Below are positions 1 to 13,074 of a stretch of 64,000 nt of DNA, piece by piece. The DNA comes from Psilocybe cubensis. Taxonomy: Eukaryota. Made by a program: the position numbers and the translations under genes. The stretch lies in NCBI GenBank assembly GCA_017499595.2, contig CM039005.1, positions 682,001-746,000 of the forward strand, in the 5' to 3' direction. A model generated the notes under the pieces. It was not told where the DNA came from. It did not search any database and worked only from the letters and a program-made list of their open reading frames with translations. Position 1 is the first letter of the stretch, and the number at the start of each line of letters is the position of its first letter.

Positions 1-3000
1 CCCCGATGAATCTGGGCTAGCCTCTGAGTGGTTTTCCTGGTCACGGTGTGCATTTCGACCCATATGAATACCCTCACGTACACCACGACACTCTCGATTC
101 CTTCCATCCTCCATCGAAGGTGAATTTGAACACGAATTCACAGGGTTGGGATTGACCAATGCCATCGGAGACGGGAGGCTATCAGGCGGGGAAAATATCC
201 AGCTAGGAGAGCGATACATATCGCGAATGAACGTCGCATTCCCAACCTCTCTCGCTCTTGGCGTCGGCATTGATAACACAGTAGGTGTCCCCTGGGACGC
301 TGGGGCCTCCAAAGATCCGTGCTGAGGATTTGACAAAGACATCACAGAACAGCCCCCCGACGACTCCTGTTTCGCACCTCCATTCTTCGCCTTCAACCCC
401 ACCCTCTGTGCCTGCCCCAGCCCAAGTCCACGATTTAAATTCAGACTCAGAGCATTCGTAATCCCCCCATGGAAAAATTGATTACAACTTGGTGCAAACG
501 ACCTCACCGACACCTTGGATGGCACGCCCGATGGGATATTATACGTGAACCCAATCCCGCTCCCGCTTTGCTGTATCCCCATTGGTAGATCATCGATCCT
601 CTCTGCATGGCGAGATTTTGAACCTCCTTGTCCTTGTCCTTCATGTCCTTGTCCTTGCCCATGGCCATGTCCCTGTCTCAAAGCCCCACTCGACTTCGGC
701 TTTTGCTTCAACCTCTTTTGAAACGACGCCGTGCTCAGACTAAACAACCTCTGCGCATGGATCGCCGAGCGATACTTCCTCAGCTTCGGCACCTTGCCAT
801 GCGTAAACGGGATATTATTGCTCGAGCCGCCAAACTCCTGCTCCGTCACAATAGACACGGACGACTGCTGTTCCTCTTGGTCAAGCTCTGCCCAAAATCG
901 CGATACTTTGTCCGTTGGCCGAATCTGCGCATGCACAGGAGGAGGTTGCTGGCGTTGCTCTACGCCCAAGGACACGGTCGCGGAAAGAGACATCGAGGTT
1001 TCATCGCGCTCAGATTCCACATGTCCTGTACTCGCAGACAACGAAACAGGTTCATCGTCCTCGTGCAAAGCCTCTGCAATTGTTGAGATAGAAAGCGGCC
1101 TAAAGATCTCAGATGCGTTCGCTAGTTCCGAAATAGTAATCCGGCTCCTCGCGTTCGAAGTACCCGTCGGCGTCGTCGCAGGGTGGATCAGATTCCTTGA
1201 GAACGCAGGAGGGAATGCCACCTCATTCACAGATGGCGCATCCCGTTGATGTGAATCAGATTGGGTCTGAAAAACTGCACGGTCGACTTCCATTGCTGTT
1301 CGTCGAAACGAGGGTGCTAGACACGGATCAGCTATTGCCACACAGAAGATCAAACTATAGACAAACCATCAACTTGTTTAGCAGCGACCTGGTCCCAGTC
1401 ACTATCCTCAGATTAATTTGACATTGAGTTCAAAATGCGAAATGAAGCAACGCACACAAGCGCAAAATAACCATGAGATTTGATCTTCTCCATGGACCAC
1501 CTAAGAGACGGATTTCGTTGCAAACACTATTCGTTATGTAGCAATCAGATTTATCCTTATACACGCCAAAATATCTCACCTTTGTTATCAAATCTCTAGC
1601 CATGGGATGGACGAGTCTCAAAGATTCTGTAGGGACCGAAAATACCACCACGCGATCATACAACCAGCGAGGATCATCAGCAACGTCCCGCTCTCCGTAC
1701 GGATGCTACATAGCCGTCACGCCACCCATAAACATCCGCGTAGGAGACAGAAAAGAGGCTCACGCACCGTGCCAAACATCATAAAATAACACAACATCCC
1801 AAAGGACCAGCAGTCCACCGCCGAATCCAGCTCCCACCCAAGGAAAATCTCTGGTGCGCGGAACTCGCTCATCGTATCTCCAAAGCCGACATTGCACGAC
1901 ACGCCATGTGGGCGGGTGGTCTGGGGGAACGACTCGGCGCGGGAGAAGTGGGTGATCACGATGTGGCCGTCGGTGTCGAGAGAAACGGAGCGAGGGTCGA
2001 GGTCTTTGTGCATGATACCCGCGTTGTGCAGGCTCAAAATCGCGCATACCTGTGCAGAGTGCTATAAATTAATGTATAAGTCTTACTTGAGAAAGAACAT
2101 ACTAGTTCTGAAGCGTAAAATGTTGCCTTGTGAGAACCTAACGGTCCATGATGGTTCACCAAGTCCAACAGGGTACCCGCTACATATGTGTCCTTGTAAC
2201 ACGTATCATAACTTTGAAACCTTTAGAAAGCCTTTGAGTAACTCACTAAGACGATGTAGACATACTCCTCGTTTCGAAATGACCATCTTATGGTTTCAAC
2301 GAAAGGAGTAGAAAGGCTAGCCAACATCTCCAAGACGACTTTCTCAGACCAAGATGAGTCATTTCTAGTCTGTTTCCTCTTGATAACGTATCGCTGGCCA
2401 TTGTCCTTCCTAGTACACACGCCTACTTTGAACGCAGGTCCTACATTGGAGCATATATCTGTCTTCACGATGTCAAAATCGGCAAGACATGCGCTTGGCT
2501 ATCCGTATAATTCAGTACAAGTAATGATCAGGGGAAAGTAACTGACCACTTGGAGGACACTAGGCTCTTCGTGGATCGTCGACAAATCAAAGGCGTTTGC
2601 CCGCTTAGGAGACACCACCACAATTTCCTGTAAGTCCGTTAAATCGCGCATACATTTACACTTTTGTGATGTTGCGAACCTCAATTTCATCGTGTTTCCA
2701 CTCAGGATCAATATGCTTGACATTTGGATAATTCTGCGGGGCGGTCAAAAAGACGAAGAAATGAACATTATTTATATCATACCTCAATTTCATAGCTAGC
2801 TTCGAAACTCCTCGATATCCTGTTCTTTTGCTCCTGGGGTATGTGTAGCCCCAGGCTATCGAAAAGATCTGAGAACTTTTGCTATATCATATATCAATAC
2901 AAAGAAGGATCATATTGGGAAAATGCCAACAGAAAATGGAACAGTGTCGTCTAGGTCTGCGACTTCAAGGCGAGGTGACGTGGATGTTTCATCGAGGTGT

Positions 3001-3119
3001 CCAATGGAAGGTGGCGCGAGCGATTCCTGAAAGAAGAATCAATAGATTGTAAAATCTGCAAGGAGAAGGCAACGCACCCTGTCACAGTCAGCTTGTCCGT
3101 CGATGGACCTCAAGGTCAT
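1..3119 (-). CDS. Multi-exon AGC-like protein kinase with degenerate catalytic motifs (probable pseudokinase) and long low-complexity C-terminus running off the window edge
   Basis: Exon ORFs give YVIKRK, PFVETIRWSF, HNAGIMHKDLDPRS, GHIVITHFS, EFRAPE, AVDCWSFG and ARDLITK, then an AGC-type H-x-YF...DWDQV tail. Putative ATG at 3119 joins through GT-AG introns; no stop found before position 1. Confidence 0.75.
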
Positions 3120-3666
3120 ATTAGAACAAAAGGAGAAGGGCGGGCACCCCCAAGGTAACGCAAGGGAGAGTTATGGCGTCGGAGCTTGGAAGATGGCAGG
3201 CAGGATTTCAGGCCCAAATTTCGATGGTATAGTTTGGCAAAGTTTGGAATGGCAAACACGGACGTGGAAACGAAATTTAAAGAACGAATACCTCTTGCTA
3301 GAAACAGCGTTCTAATATCTACACAGTGCGGGTTGAAATTGATAAAAGATATGTCTAATGCATTTTATCAATACAAAACCCCAAACCGAGAAAGCAAGCG
3401 GCACACCTACGGCCAATTGGTCAGAAACACCTTCACGAATCTCTGGGTTTAGTCAAAACCCGTTCACTCTATAAAGCAGAATCCAGCAAGTCAAAACATT
3501 AATGAGGTACAATTCGTTTTTAGAATTTCGTATTTTGCTCTCCCCAATAGCAGAGCAGTCGAGGGTATATCTTTGATATCGAATACAACGAGCTATATGC
3601 ATTTAATTGATAAATAAACTTGAAGGAAATCAGAAGAGCATCCAGCCAGACAGAGTAGAAGCACAC

Positions 3667-4406
3667 CTATAACTCTTCAAGAACCTTTTTTGTTGCTTCT
3701 ACAATAATCTCGTGCTCGACATTATGCAGTTTCGTCTCATACGCCTCCAAGCTCTCGCCTGCCACAAACGCGACCTCGCGCACAACAAGCGGCTCTCCCC
3801 TATCCACATCCTTCACCACCCGATGCACCATAGCTCCAGAGTGCGTAATCTCACCCTTCGTGAACGCCTCATACGCGCGCTCAATCGCACTCGCACCATC
3901 AAACTGGCCAGGTAGCGCAGGGTGCAGGTTGATCACAGGGATCGGCTTCAGCACTGGTGTGTCCTCCACCACCTTGCGCCCATCAAGAAGTTCCAGGAAT
4001 GTCTCACTGAGGATATGCATCCAGCCAGCGAGCACAACGATGTCCGGTTTAGCGCGCAAAACGATCTTTGCTACCTCTGCGTCATAGTCCTCTCTCGTCT
4101 TTCCCGGATTCTGCTTCACGTACGTCGCAAGCGCCAGATACGCAGTCGGGATCGGCGGAGTGGCCTGTGCTGCCCGCGTCAGCCCATACGCAGCCTTGCG
4201 ATTCGATACCACCAAGACGATCTCAGCATTTGGCAGTGCAGGCGTGTTGAGTGCATCGATCAACGCCTGGAGGTTGCTGCCTATAGGAGATGGTGGGTTT
4301 TGTCCATGTCGGAAATTGTTCCCGCAAAAACATTCAGGCGCGAAATACCTGAGCCAGATATGAGCACCACGATCCTTCGTTTCGATTGTGCTGCCGTCGA
4401 CGACAT
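3667..4406 (-). CDS. ADE8: Phosphoribosylglycinamide (GAR) formyltransferase
   Basis: ATG 4406 gives MSSTAAQSKRRIVVLISGSG; intron 4348-4281; then SNLQALID, VVSNR, VVLAGWMHIL, INLHPALPGQFDG and SGAMVHRV..VDRG, the canonical PurN/Ade8 motifs. Confidence 0.95.
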
Positions 4407-4613
4407 GGCGGGTGAAAGAGAAAGATTTTGCGTGACTATTTGAGTAATTCTTACCAAATAGAGACATCATTCAAAAAATGATAAATTATTGATCTCCGGA
4501 TCTCCGTCTTCGTCAACCATCACTATTTAAAATCTCCTTTTCCACCACATACTAAGATCAACTACACAACTATCTATTCAATACAAACTACACCTAATCA
4601 TTCTTTAAAAACA

Positions 4614-5823
4614 ATGCCTCTAAGCATCTCTGACATATCTTCAGACATCTCAGGCTCCCCACCGAGACTAGACCCAAGCACGCTCTCCCTCCTCGACTCA
4701 TTCTTCTCCGAAAAAGCAGAAGCAGACCGCAAGTTCCAAGAACTTGCAGCCGAGCGCGCCGCAGCCCAAGTCGCCGGCCTAGCACTAGAGGAGGACATCG
4801 AGTCCGACGAAACCAAGCCAATGGTCAGCGTCTCCGACTTCAAACTCGCATTCGGCGAAGATTGGCAGCTTAGCCAATTCTGGTAAGTCTCTTCCAGCGT
4901 TAATCTGTCAGACAACCATTTTGTTGTCCAGCGGAAACCCCCCATGGCCTACTCGGGAAAATGGGCTTCACAAAACTGGAGGCAGGAAGGAAAGGTCGTC
5001 CTATTCATCTTCTATGAGCCAATTTGCCGTGTGCTGGGGACGCCAACCTGATCAGGCCTGACGCTGGACTCCAGATTGGATAGTCATGGACCGCAGGATA
5101 AAATCCGGTATCGGACGACCCACAACCCACAGGCCCACCACCACCTACGTCTTTCAGTTTCATAACAAATCACTCAGGGCAAGCTTCCCGCCCATCCGAT
5201 CCAAACCTTCAAATCTAACCTCTTGCCTCTTTTTTTAAAAACCAGGTACTCGGAGTCATTCGCAACCAACCTCGCCTCGCGCCTACACGCTCTCTGCACG
5301 CCCAACACCCACATAGCCTTTCTCTGCTGCCCAACCGCCTTCGTCGCATTTGAGCACATGAAACCTCTCACAAACTCCAAGCTGCTCGAATACGACCAGC
5401 GCTTCGCGGTGCTCTCTCCCAAGAAATTTGTGCCATACGACATCGACGACGCAGACGTATTCCCGGAGGCCATGCGCGGAAAAGTAGACATCGCCGTCGT
5501 CGATCCGCCATTCTTGAACGAGGTACGCATGACTTTCCCAATTTCGCACTCTTACTTGCTTCGACTGTTTCTCACCAATTCCTACCTTATATCAGGTGAC
5601 GAACAAAAAAGTCGTTCAGACCCTCAAACAACTCCTCCATCAAAGGAGCAAACTCATAGTGCTTACGTCCGTCTCTGTAGAGGACGTCCTCGCGAAGCTG
5701 TACTCCGAACCGCCACTGGGCCCGCTGCGCCGTACAGCAATCGATCCTGAGCATGGCCGGCTCGCGAATGATTTCGCATGTTGGGGGTCATGGGACGGGG
5801 CCGAGAAATTTGGCAAGGACTGA
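4614..5823 (+). CDS. EFM5: eEF1A lysine methyltransferase (EFM5/N6AMT2 family), 3 exons (4614-4882, 5246-5522, 5596-5823)
   Basis: EDWQLSQFW|YS, IAFLCCPTAF, LLEYDQRF, VVDPPFLNE and H-GRLANDF are family motifs; GT-AG junctions keep the frame. Confidence 0.9.
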
Positions 5824-6195
5824 AGAAACACCAGAAAAGTCTGAGATGATTTATAACGATATAAGTTATATTTATGGAGGGAGGGAAATTAGAAATATAT
5901 TGTACACGCACACATATTAACCTAGGTAAATAACTGGACGGATGCACATTGCACATTAAATGGTAGATTACAAACACACCGAATTTTATATTTGCCTATA
6001 TCTAATTTGTGTGTGGGGCTGGTGTTTGATAGTTCATTCAATGTCAAGCAATATAAGTCAAGTACAATACTCTCTCGAATTTTCCTGACATCAATATTAC
6101 TGCCTCATTCTGGAAAACATATTAAAAGTGCTGTCATGATTACCACCATAGGGACTGATAACAAGAACAAGTCGAGTACTATATGTTGGTATTTT

Positions 6196-7976
6196 TCATA
6201 GAAAATGAATGTGTTTCGGGCAGGTTTCGGGCATCAACTTTCGAAAGGAAACATCAACTAGCTTGAAAAGGGAGCGACGAAGCTTGAAAAGGGAGCAACG
6301 AATTTGCGACGAGGCGAGAAGCGCAGACCACAATATCGGTGTTTTCCATGTCCATACTCTTGAATTTAACGCCCGAAGCCCTGATGCGCTCAATCAATAA
6401 AGCAATATCCGGCCGTGAAATCTGGCGTAGAGCGCGGTCAACGTCGCCGCTTCGTAGTTGAACCCGTACTGATGCCAACGCCCGTGCGTAATCATTCCCA
6501 ACGCCATCCTGAATTGTAGGGCATTTTCCCCGAGCAAGAACAGCTTCGCATAGTTTTGACCAAACGAGGCCTGATATGTTATGGGTAGCGATAGTTAACA
6601 CCTGTAGATGTGGAAAGAGAGCGTCGGCTGATGTATCGGTCAGAGCGGAAAGAAAATCGCATCCTATACTTGCATTTTCCCGGTCTCCATAGAGCTGCAT
6701 GTATAAATGTGTAATGCCTCGAAGGCGTTCATACCAGAGGGGTGGAAGGGGACCCTGGTTTGCATTGAATATAGATTTATCAAGTGTGGCTGCGGATCGA
6801 TCCATGAATTTAACGAGTTTGTCTAAAGTTGCCGCTGATGAGTAATATTCATACTCAAATGTCTTTAGTGAAGGGAGGGTGAGATGTATGAGTACATCTC
6901 CAAAATCCATGCCCATGTCTATATATTTGAGAGATTGGTGTACGATAGGAGCCGAAGGCAATGGATAATCAATAAACCCCCAAATCGAAGGTTTGTGTCA
7001 ACACGTATTGAATGGAACATTCGGTTAGCTTAGGCGCATGGCAAATGATGTGCAGCAAGTCACCAAGTTGTATAATCTACGCGTGTAGGCGGGTGAGATT
7101 GGCGAAGTGGAGAGGAACATAGCTCAAGCGCAATCTGTTGACGGCGAGATTTCTGGGAGCTAGAGGGTGTTTCATATCAATTGACACCGCCGGCAATTCC
7201 AATGTGTCCATTCCAATGATGTTTATTTCAAGAGTATCCACTTGAAGAACGGCATCCATATTGTGGAATAGATCATTCAAATGGTCCCATATTCCCAGAA
7301 ATCTGACCCTATTCCAGCGCGTAGCGTGAGATCGAAGGAGCTTACAGAGTTGCTTAATCAAGAGATATTCGTCTGAATTTAACTCCGATCGCGAGAAATG
7401 TTGGTTTGAACGTAAGTGGTAATTACCAGAGAGACTAATGTCCAATGGTGCTGTGGAGGATCTTTGTAGCCACTGTTTGAAAAGGTGGATATTTGACCGA
7501 TCACAGTGTTTGACACCGAAGGTGGACCATAGCTGAACAAGACCTAAGGTGATATCGCGCCAACCTTTGCAGACAACGCCCAAGAGCAGGGGGCCAACAG
7601 TCGGCAGCAAAGTTGGCCTACCCCAAATATCCTTGCGTCGTGGTAGTACCATGGAGCCCGCGACCAGATGAAAAATGTCACCAATAATGTCCAGAGGCAA
7701 TCGATTCGTGAGTTGATCGTGCTGGCGATTGACCCTGCTTTTCACTTCCTGCCGTCGTCGTAGGAGGGAATCAAGTTGTTGTTGAACAGCGTCGATTTTC
7801 TCGTTCAGCGCGAGAAGATCTGTGCAGGCATCGCAGAGTCGAGAAAGACATTTGGGTGTTGAATCGATGTTGTGAATGAACGCACAATTGGCTGTGAGAC
7901 AGCATCGATTGCACACTATAGGAGGTGTATGTCCCGTATCGGAATTTTCTGTAAACACAGAGTCAGCGATGTACAC
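6196..7976 (-). pseudogene. F-box-like/LRR-like protein of the agaricomycete expanded family, disrupted
   Basis: NRQHDQLTNRLPLDIIGDIF...PLLLGVVCKGWRDI...LWS motif. In-frame TAG at 7077-7079, frameshift near 6975 into ORF 6254-6961, and a short tandem duplication near 6260-6296. Confidence 0.7.
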
Positions 7977-8461
7977 AATGGTGCTATGGAGAAGTTTGTT
8001 CGAGGTGCCTGTTGGTGGACCTGCAAGAGTGCCGACCTAAACACCGTGCCTCCAGCGAGGCGGAGCCTGTCGGAGCCTGAAAATTTCACAAGGCCGGCTT
8101 TTGCTCTAACACGTTCCAGGACAGCATAGATACTGTCCAGCTTGAAGGCAGAAGCCAATGCATATTATACCAGAGTTTACCCCGCGGGCCCTAACAGGAC
8201 CTAACCCATCCGCCCTCTGGAGTCGGGTTGGGATCAATGCACCGTAGTCGAATACTGCGCCAAGGTTCGCTCGCTAAGACTCGCAGTCGCCAGCGGCACC
8301 GACGATCGCCAAAGTTGCATGTGGCGGCAGCTAATGACGTTGACTCACCACCGTGACCTCAAAAAGGATGTTATCATAGCTTAGCCATCGATATCGAACG
8401 CTCCACACCCACATTGCCCACCACAACCTCGGTTTATTGTTCGTCATAAGCATAAGCTGAA

Positions 8462-9528
8462 ATGTCACCTCAAAACAAATTGACAGATCACAAAATCCTG
8501 ATCTTCGATGTCTATGGAACATTGGCGGTGCGTGAATTCAGTTTAGCCCCTATCGCGGTGTTGCTAATCAGACTCTTCTATAGGACTGGGAGTCAGGAAT
8601 TCATAACGCTCTCAAGCCTCTACTGGAACGATATCCCGCCTCTAAAACATGGTCACGCCAGGAAGCTCTCACAGCATTTGGCTCAGTCGAGTCTGATCTG
8701 CAAGTGCAGTATCCCGAGATGATCTACAGCGAGCTCCTGGCAAAAGTGCACGAACGCTTGGAAGATAGGCTGAAAGCTCAATCTGGCGTTGCGTCCAGCG
8801 AAAACCCTTTCCTAGCTCCAGGTGAGGCAGAGGTCACCTCCGGCGCGGGAGCAGGGTCAAGTGGATCTGCAGGTGCAGAAACACAGGCTGCCGCAGCCTC
8901 GCCCGGCAGTGACGATGAGCACAAAGCTTTTGGTGCATCAATCCAGAACTGGACCATATTCCCCGACACCTGCGCCGCGCTCCAACGGCTCGCGAAACAC
9001 TTCAAGCTCGTTGTACTTTCCAACGTTGACCGTGACTCCTTCCGCCACACGCATGCGCTGCTCTCCGAGGGTCCCACTCGCGACACCATCACCTCTGACA
9101 TCAGGACATACACGTACCCCGATCCCAATCCCGACCGGTTCTGGCACCCTCAAGAGGCCAAAGGTTCAAAATCGCCTTTCACGTTGATTGTCACGGCGCA
9201 GGATGTCGGGTGCTATAAGCCCGCGTTGGGAGGATTCCGCGCGATATTGGAGTACGCCAAAGCACATCCGGAGCTGTTTGGTGACCTTGAGCTGGCAGAG
9301 GGCGAAGATGTTAAGGAAAAGGCATTGTCCGTCGCGCAGAGCATACCCCACGACCACGTCGCAGCGAAGAACATCGGGATGCGCAGCGTATGGATTGACA
9401 GGCAGAGCGCGGTGACGTGTAATGTTGATCCAGACGGGCCCGGCGCAAAAGAGAAATGGAGCTGGAAGTTTGAAACATTGGGAGAGATGGCAGACGCTGT
9501 CGAAAAGGAATTGGCTGCAAGTACATAG
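8462..9528 (+). CDS. HAD-superfamily hydrolase (haloacid dehalogenase type II-like)
   Basis: ILIFDVYGTLA|DWESGI (intron 8528-8583), FPDT, LVVLSNVD, TAQDVGCYKP, VAQSIPHDH and SVWIDR. Confidence 0.9.
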
Positions 9529-10175
9529 GAAACCTGTTTGTAAATGGGGAACAAATGGATTTCAAGCGGTGTTACCCCCTACGTTTGAATCCCGTGCAGC
9601 AAATGGAATGACCACCAAACCAATCCATACTGAATGGCCAAGCACCCCCAGTTGAACCTATCAGAACGAAATTTGAGTAAGTCGACTCAGTACAATGATA
9701 TCAAAGCCCATCAGCTTTCCGTTCTTGACCAAGAGTACGAGCGGTTCCTCCCGATTTTGTCTCTGCCAGGCAAAGATAGTCGGGAATATACCAGAACGCA
9801 CTACAAGGTCTGGGGTTTCAACGAGGGTCGCGATATTACACCGGAATCCCTCTCCAGAGTGTGAAAGTCTGCATCGTTTGGGGTGCATACAAAATGAGAG
9901 CAATGAAAAGTTGGTGAGACGTACCGATCCTGCATCCAACCTCACACCGCAGAGTCATCGATGTTCAACATTTTCTTGATTTTCATCTCTATCGCAAGGC
10001 TAAAACGATGTTGAAGGTCTGCCGTTGCATCTCGTCGGTATCCAAGCATGAGTTCCGTTGCAACAGGTGTTCTCTGAGTATCGGTATTATCCGAAGCCTT
10101 GTAACCTTATTTTCCCGCTGCGCAAGGCTGCGCATTACGGCTGAAATCGATTCCTACCACGTCGCACTTAGCTTA

Positions 10176-11816
10176 ATGACCGAACACCACCCTGTTCCTG
10201 GACAATCTCAAAACGATGCCTTACCATCGGAGGCGTACTGGAGTATCCAAGCCTGCAAAATGTCCAACGGGTCTTGCTGTTCCCTTTGTAGCCAATACCA
10301 GAACCTCGATGAGCAGGTTACATTGCCTCGGAAACGTCAACTGCGCACTGAAATCAACCGTCATCACGACCCCATATCCCGATTTCTTCCTTACGAATTG
10401 ATAAGCAAGATTTTCAAGTTCTACGTCGAGGATGACTTTCGAGACCTAGAGGAGCAGAAAGATTGGAGAAATTTCCGCATTACCAACTCGCCGCTAATCA
10501 TTGCATCCATATGCTCAACTTGGCGCAGCGTTGCAATGTCTTCCCCGCAGCTATGGACACACATCCAAATGATACTGCAGGAGTTCTGCCGCCCCCTGGA
10601 TAAACTAGATGTTCTAAACAGGTGGATATCGTTGTCTGGAAACCAGACCGTGTCGCTATTTGTGGTATGTGAAGCGCCTAAACTCATTCCAGACCGTCGG
10701 CGGACGCAATACAAACGCGTTATTGCTGGACTGAACGCCATTTCACATCGCTGGCGAATCCTGCGTCTGTCCTGTTCTCATGCCGCACTTTATCAAATGT
10801 TTTCTGGAAATGTGCAGGGTATGCCGAATCTTTGTGGTTTATCCATCGAGAACTCTATCGAGCCGGACTACGATGATCGCGTTGTATTCCGGACAGATAA
10901 TGGACACAAGCCGCGTCCCTGTGAGGTTCGCCTGATAAGGGTTCCACTTATCTGCCTCGATATAATCTGGAACCAAGTCACCAGAATTAATATATCACAA
11001 TCTGAGTTATCACTCAACGAATGGCGCGAGCTAATGCGTCAGGCCTCGCAATTGTTGGAGTGTGAATTGACTGACATTTTTTTTGCTCCGGTTCTATTGA
11101 ACTTGGACATGACCATGCCCAAGCACCCAAAAGTTGGCAATCATACGCTCAGAAAAGTCAAAATCGGACAGTGTTCTGGAGACCTAGAATATTTTTTCAC
11201 AAAGTTCTCTGCCCCCAATCTCACACAGCTCCTGCTTGAAAAAGCAGGCTCCGTCAAAAACTGGAACTCGATTCGGACTGTTGTCGAGGCTTCTGGTCCT
11301 CAGCTAACGACACTCGGAATTATCATTCATGCAGACGGATGGGATTACGTTTCACTGCTCTCGTTATTGTCTAACACGCCGGTCCTCGAAGATTTACGGA
11401 TTAATGCTCAAATACGATATGATCCAGTCCAGCTTTTCCACATAATAGCCAAGTCTTCGACGCTCGACGTGGACATCCGTCGACCACAAATCCTTCCTGT
11501 GCTACGATCCTTTAGGTATCAAGGCTATAAAACATGGGACGGTTCATTCTGGGAGTTTCTTCCCTATTTTATCAACAGATCAGATCCTGAGAACCCTTGT
11601 TCAAAATCTTGCCCTCTTGACAGTCTAGAGCTCACAACCTGGGATGACGACTACAGGAGCAAGAAAGAAAACGTCCTAGCATCAATATGTCCTAGCAGGG
11701 AAGTCGTTCATCGTATTTCGTTACTGTCGTCTTCAGGGACAACGATTCGTCTTATCCACAATGATATTCACATATTGGCTGCCTCAATACGACATCACTG
11801 TCCTGTTATGGCCTAG
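10176..11816 (+). CDS. F-box-like protein with LRR-like C-terminus (copy A), intronless
   Basis: INRHHDPISRFLPYELISKIF...SPLIIASICSTWRSVAMSSPQLWTHI. The ORF is open from 10008, but the ATG at 10176 is the first one shared in frame with the duplicate copy within this window. Confidence 0.8.
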   Translation: MTEHHPVPGQSQNDALPSEAYWSIQACKMSNGSCCSLCSQYQNLDEQVTLPRKRQLRTEINRHHDPISRFLPYELISKIFKFYVEDDFRDLEEQKDWRNFRITNSPLIIASICSTWRSVAMSSPQLWTHIQMILQEFCRPLDKLDVLNRWISLSGNQTVSLFVVCEAPKLIPDRRRTQYKRVIAGLNAISHRWRILRLSCSHAALYQMFSGNVQGMPNLCGLSIENSIEPDYDDRVVFRTDNGHKPRPCEVRLIRVPLICLDIIWNQVTRINISQSELSLNEWRELMRQASQLLECELTDIFFAPVLLNLDMTMPKHPKVGNHTLRKVKIGQCSGDLEYFFTKFSAPNLTQLLLEKAGSVKNWNSIRTVVEASGPQLTTLGIIIHADGWDYVSLLSLLSNTPVLEDLRINAQIRYDPVQLFHIIAKSSTLDVDIRRPQILPVLRSFRYQGYKTWDGSFWEFLPYFINRSDPENPCSKSCPLDSLELTTWDDDYRSKKENVLASICPSREVVHRISLLSSSGTTIRLIHNDIHILAASIRHHCPVMA

Positions 11817-11998
11817 TCATAGTAAAAGAAAGGTTATGAAGCAAAATGGGGAGCGCACTGAGCACTCCAATTCTGCAAATTGTAAACATGATCAATTGAT
11901 CTTTAGACCAGAATGTATAGGATATATCTGAAAAATGAACCGGCATTGATCAAACCCTGTAATTTTTACTTTCACCTCTTTAGCTTCTGGCCAAGAAC

Positions 11999-12073
11999 TC
12001 TACACATCTGTGTAGGCCTTCCCCTCCGGTCTGCGCTGACGGTTTGGCCCCCGTCGGCGGTCCTGGATGCTCA
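11999..12073 (+). pseudogene. Relic single module of the Cys-rich peptide family (mirror copy near 62000-62076, minus strand)
   Basis: Translates as STHLCRPSPPVCADGLAPVGGPGCS, matching the family motif CxxxCxxxPPxCPxGLAPVGGPGCW; no signal peptide or continuation. Confidence 0.6.
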
Positions 12074-12789
12074 GTTCCGATTGAAGTTTGGTCAAGGGAA
12101 GGGAATGATGCATCATTGTCGATGGTGACCCTGCTGAGAAGGTTGATACATTGTGTAAAGGCAAGTGGTGTTCTGGAAGGACAGAGAACAACTACTTTCG
12201 ATTTGCGGCGACGAATTGGCTCCTAGCTTCTGGAAGCTGCAAGAAGAAATTTTTGGCAGTGTGTAATGAGTCAACGAGCTTGGGTGCCCTCGTGTAAGTC
12301 ATGGATTTCGGCTCGGCTCCAGGAGCGACTCCGACTTTGCTTCCAACGTGTCTGGCGAGCGGTAGGTTATAACTACTGTACATTGAAGGTTCATTTTCGT
12401 TGAAACGAATTTGATAGAATATCTTACCGAGACAGGGATAATCGGAATGATGGACGTTGTTGAAACGAAATGCTTTGGGCATAGGACTACATAGAACGAC
12501 CAAAATGCAGCGGAGGTTGAGAACTTTGATCCTGAGTAAACGAACTTTTGCTTTACCAGTTGCTAACGTCAAAGGCAAAGGCAAAGGTCGATAGCTAGTT
12601 TAAATTAGAGCGTCTTTGTACCTCTCTAAGTTCACCAATCAGATTTCCGTATGGATTCTATTGGTGGGCCAACGTCATTTTTTACAACTTGCGGCGTTGC
12701 AGCATATAATAGCCGCACTGAATGGGAGGAATCGATTAGATCTTAAGCTCAAAGGAGTTGCATGGTAGACCACACAGCATAAAAGGCTG

Positions 12790-13074
12790 ATTGCCGCCTC
12801 GATTCTTTTATTTGTCTCTACTACAGCAGCGACAGACGACAAACTCCCCTGTTCACGCGAGTGTAACTTGGCCGCGCCAACCTGTCCCGCAGGTTCAGCT
12901 CCCATTGGTGGACCTGGATGCTGGGGAAATGTAAACTGCTGCGAAGTTCCAGACCCTGAACGCATAATGGCCTGTACATTGGCATGCTTCCCATCTCCTC
13001 CACGATGTGGAGGGAATACGTTTGCCTTTGCACCTACCGTTGGTGGTTGCTGGAACTGTTGCTCGTTCGTTTGA
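12790..13074 (+). pseudogene. Cys-rich secreted peptide copy lacking transcription start region, 5'-UTR and start codon
   Basis: IAASILLFVSTTAATDDKLPCSRECNLAAPTC...CWNCCSFV* is fused directly to the TATA-like CATAAAAGGCTG; the segment present at 61151-61285 in the intact paralogue is deleted. Confidence 0.8.

Larger units (their letters stand above)
10065..12789. repeat. Arm of near-identical inverted segmental duplication (partner ~61286-64000, probably extending beyond the window)
   Basis: Position 64000 maps to 10065. Translations of ORFs 11913, 12000 and 12192 match those of 61947, 61884 and 61491 almost exactly; only scattered SNPs and one 10-bp indel near 10120. Confidence 0.95.

Noticed and set aside
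515-721. Cys/Pro-rich ORF (PCPCPSCPC) as metallothionein
   Set aside because: Antisense to a Gly/Gln/His low-complexity stretch of the kinase-like gene.
12192-12584. 130-aa ORF conserved in two copies (also 61491-61883)
   Set aside because: Conservation is explained by the recent duplication, and the older homologous region at 14.5-15.0 kb does not keep the frame.
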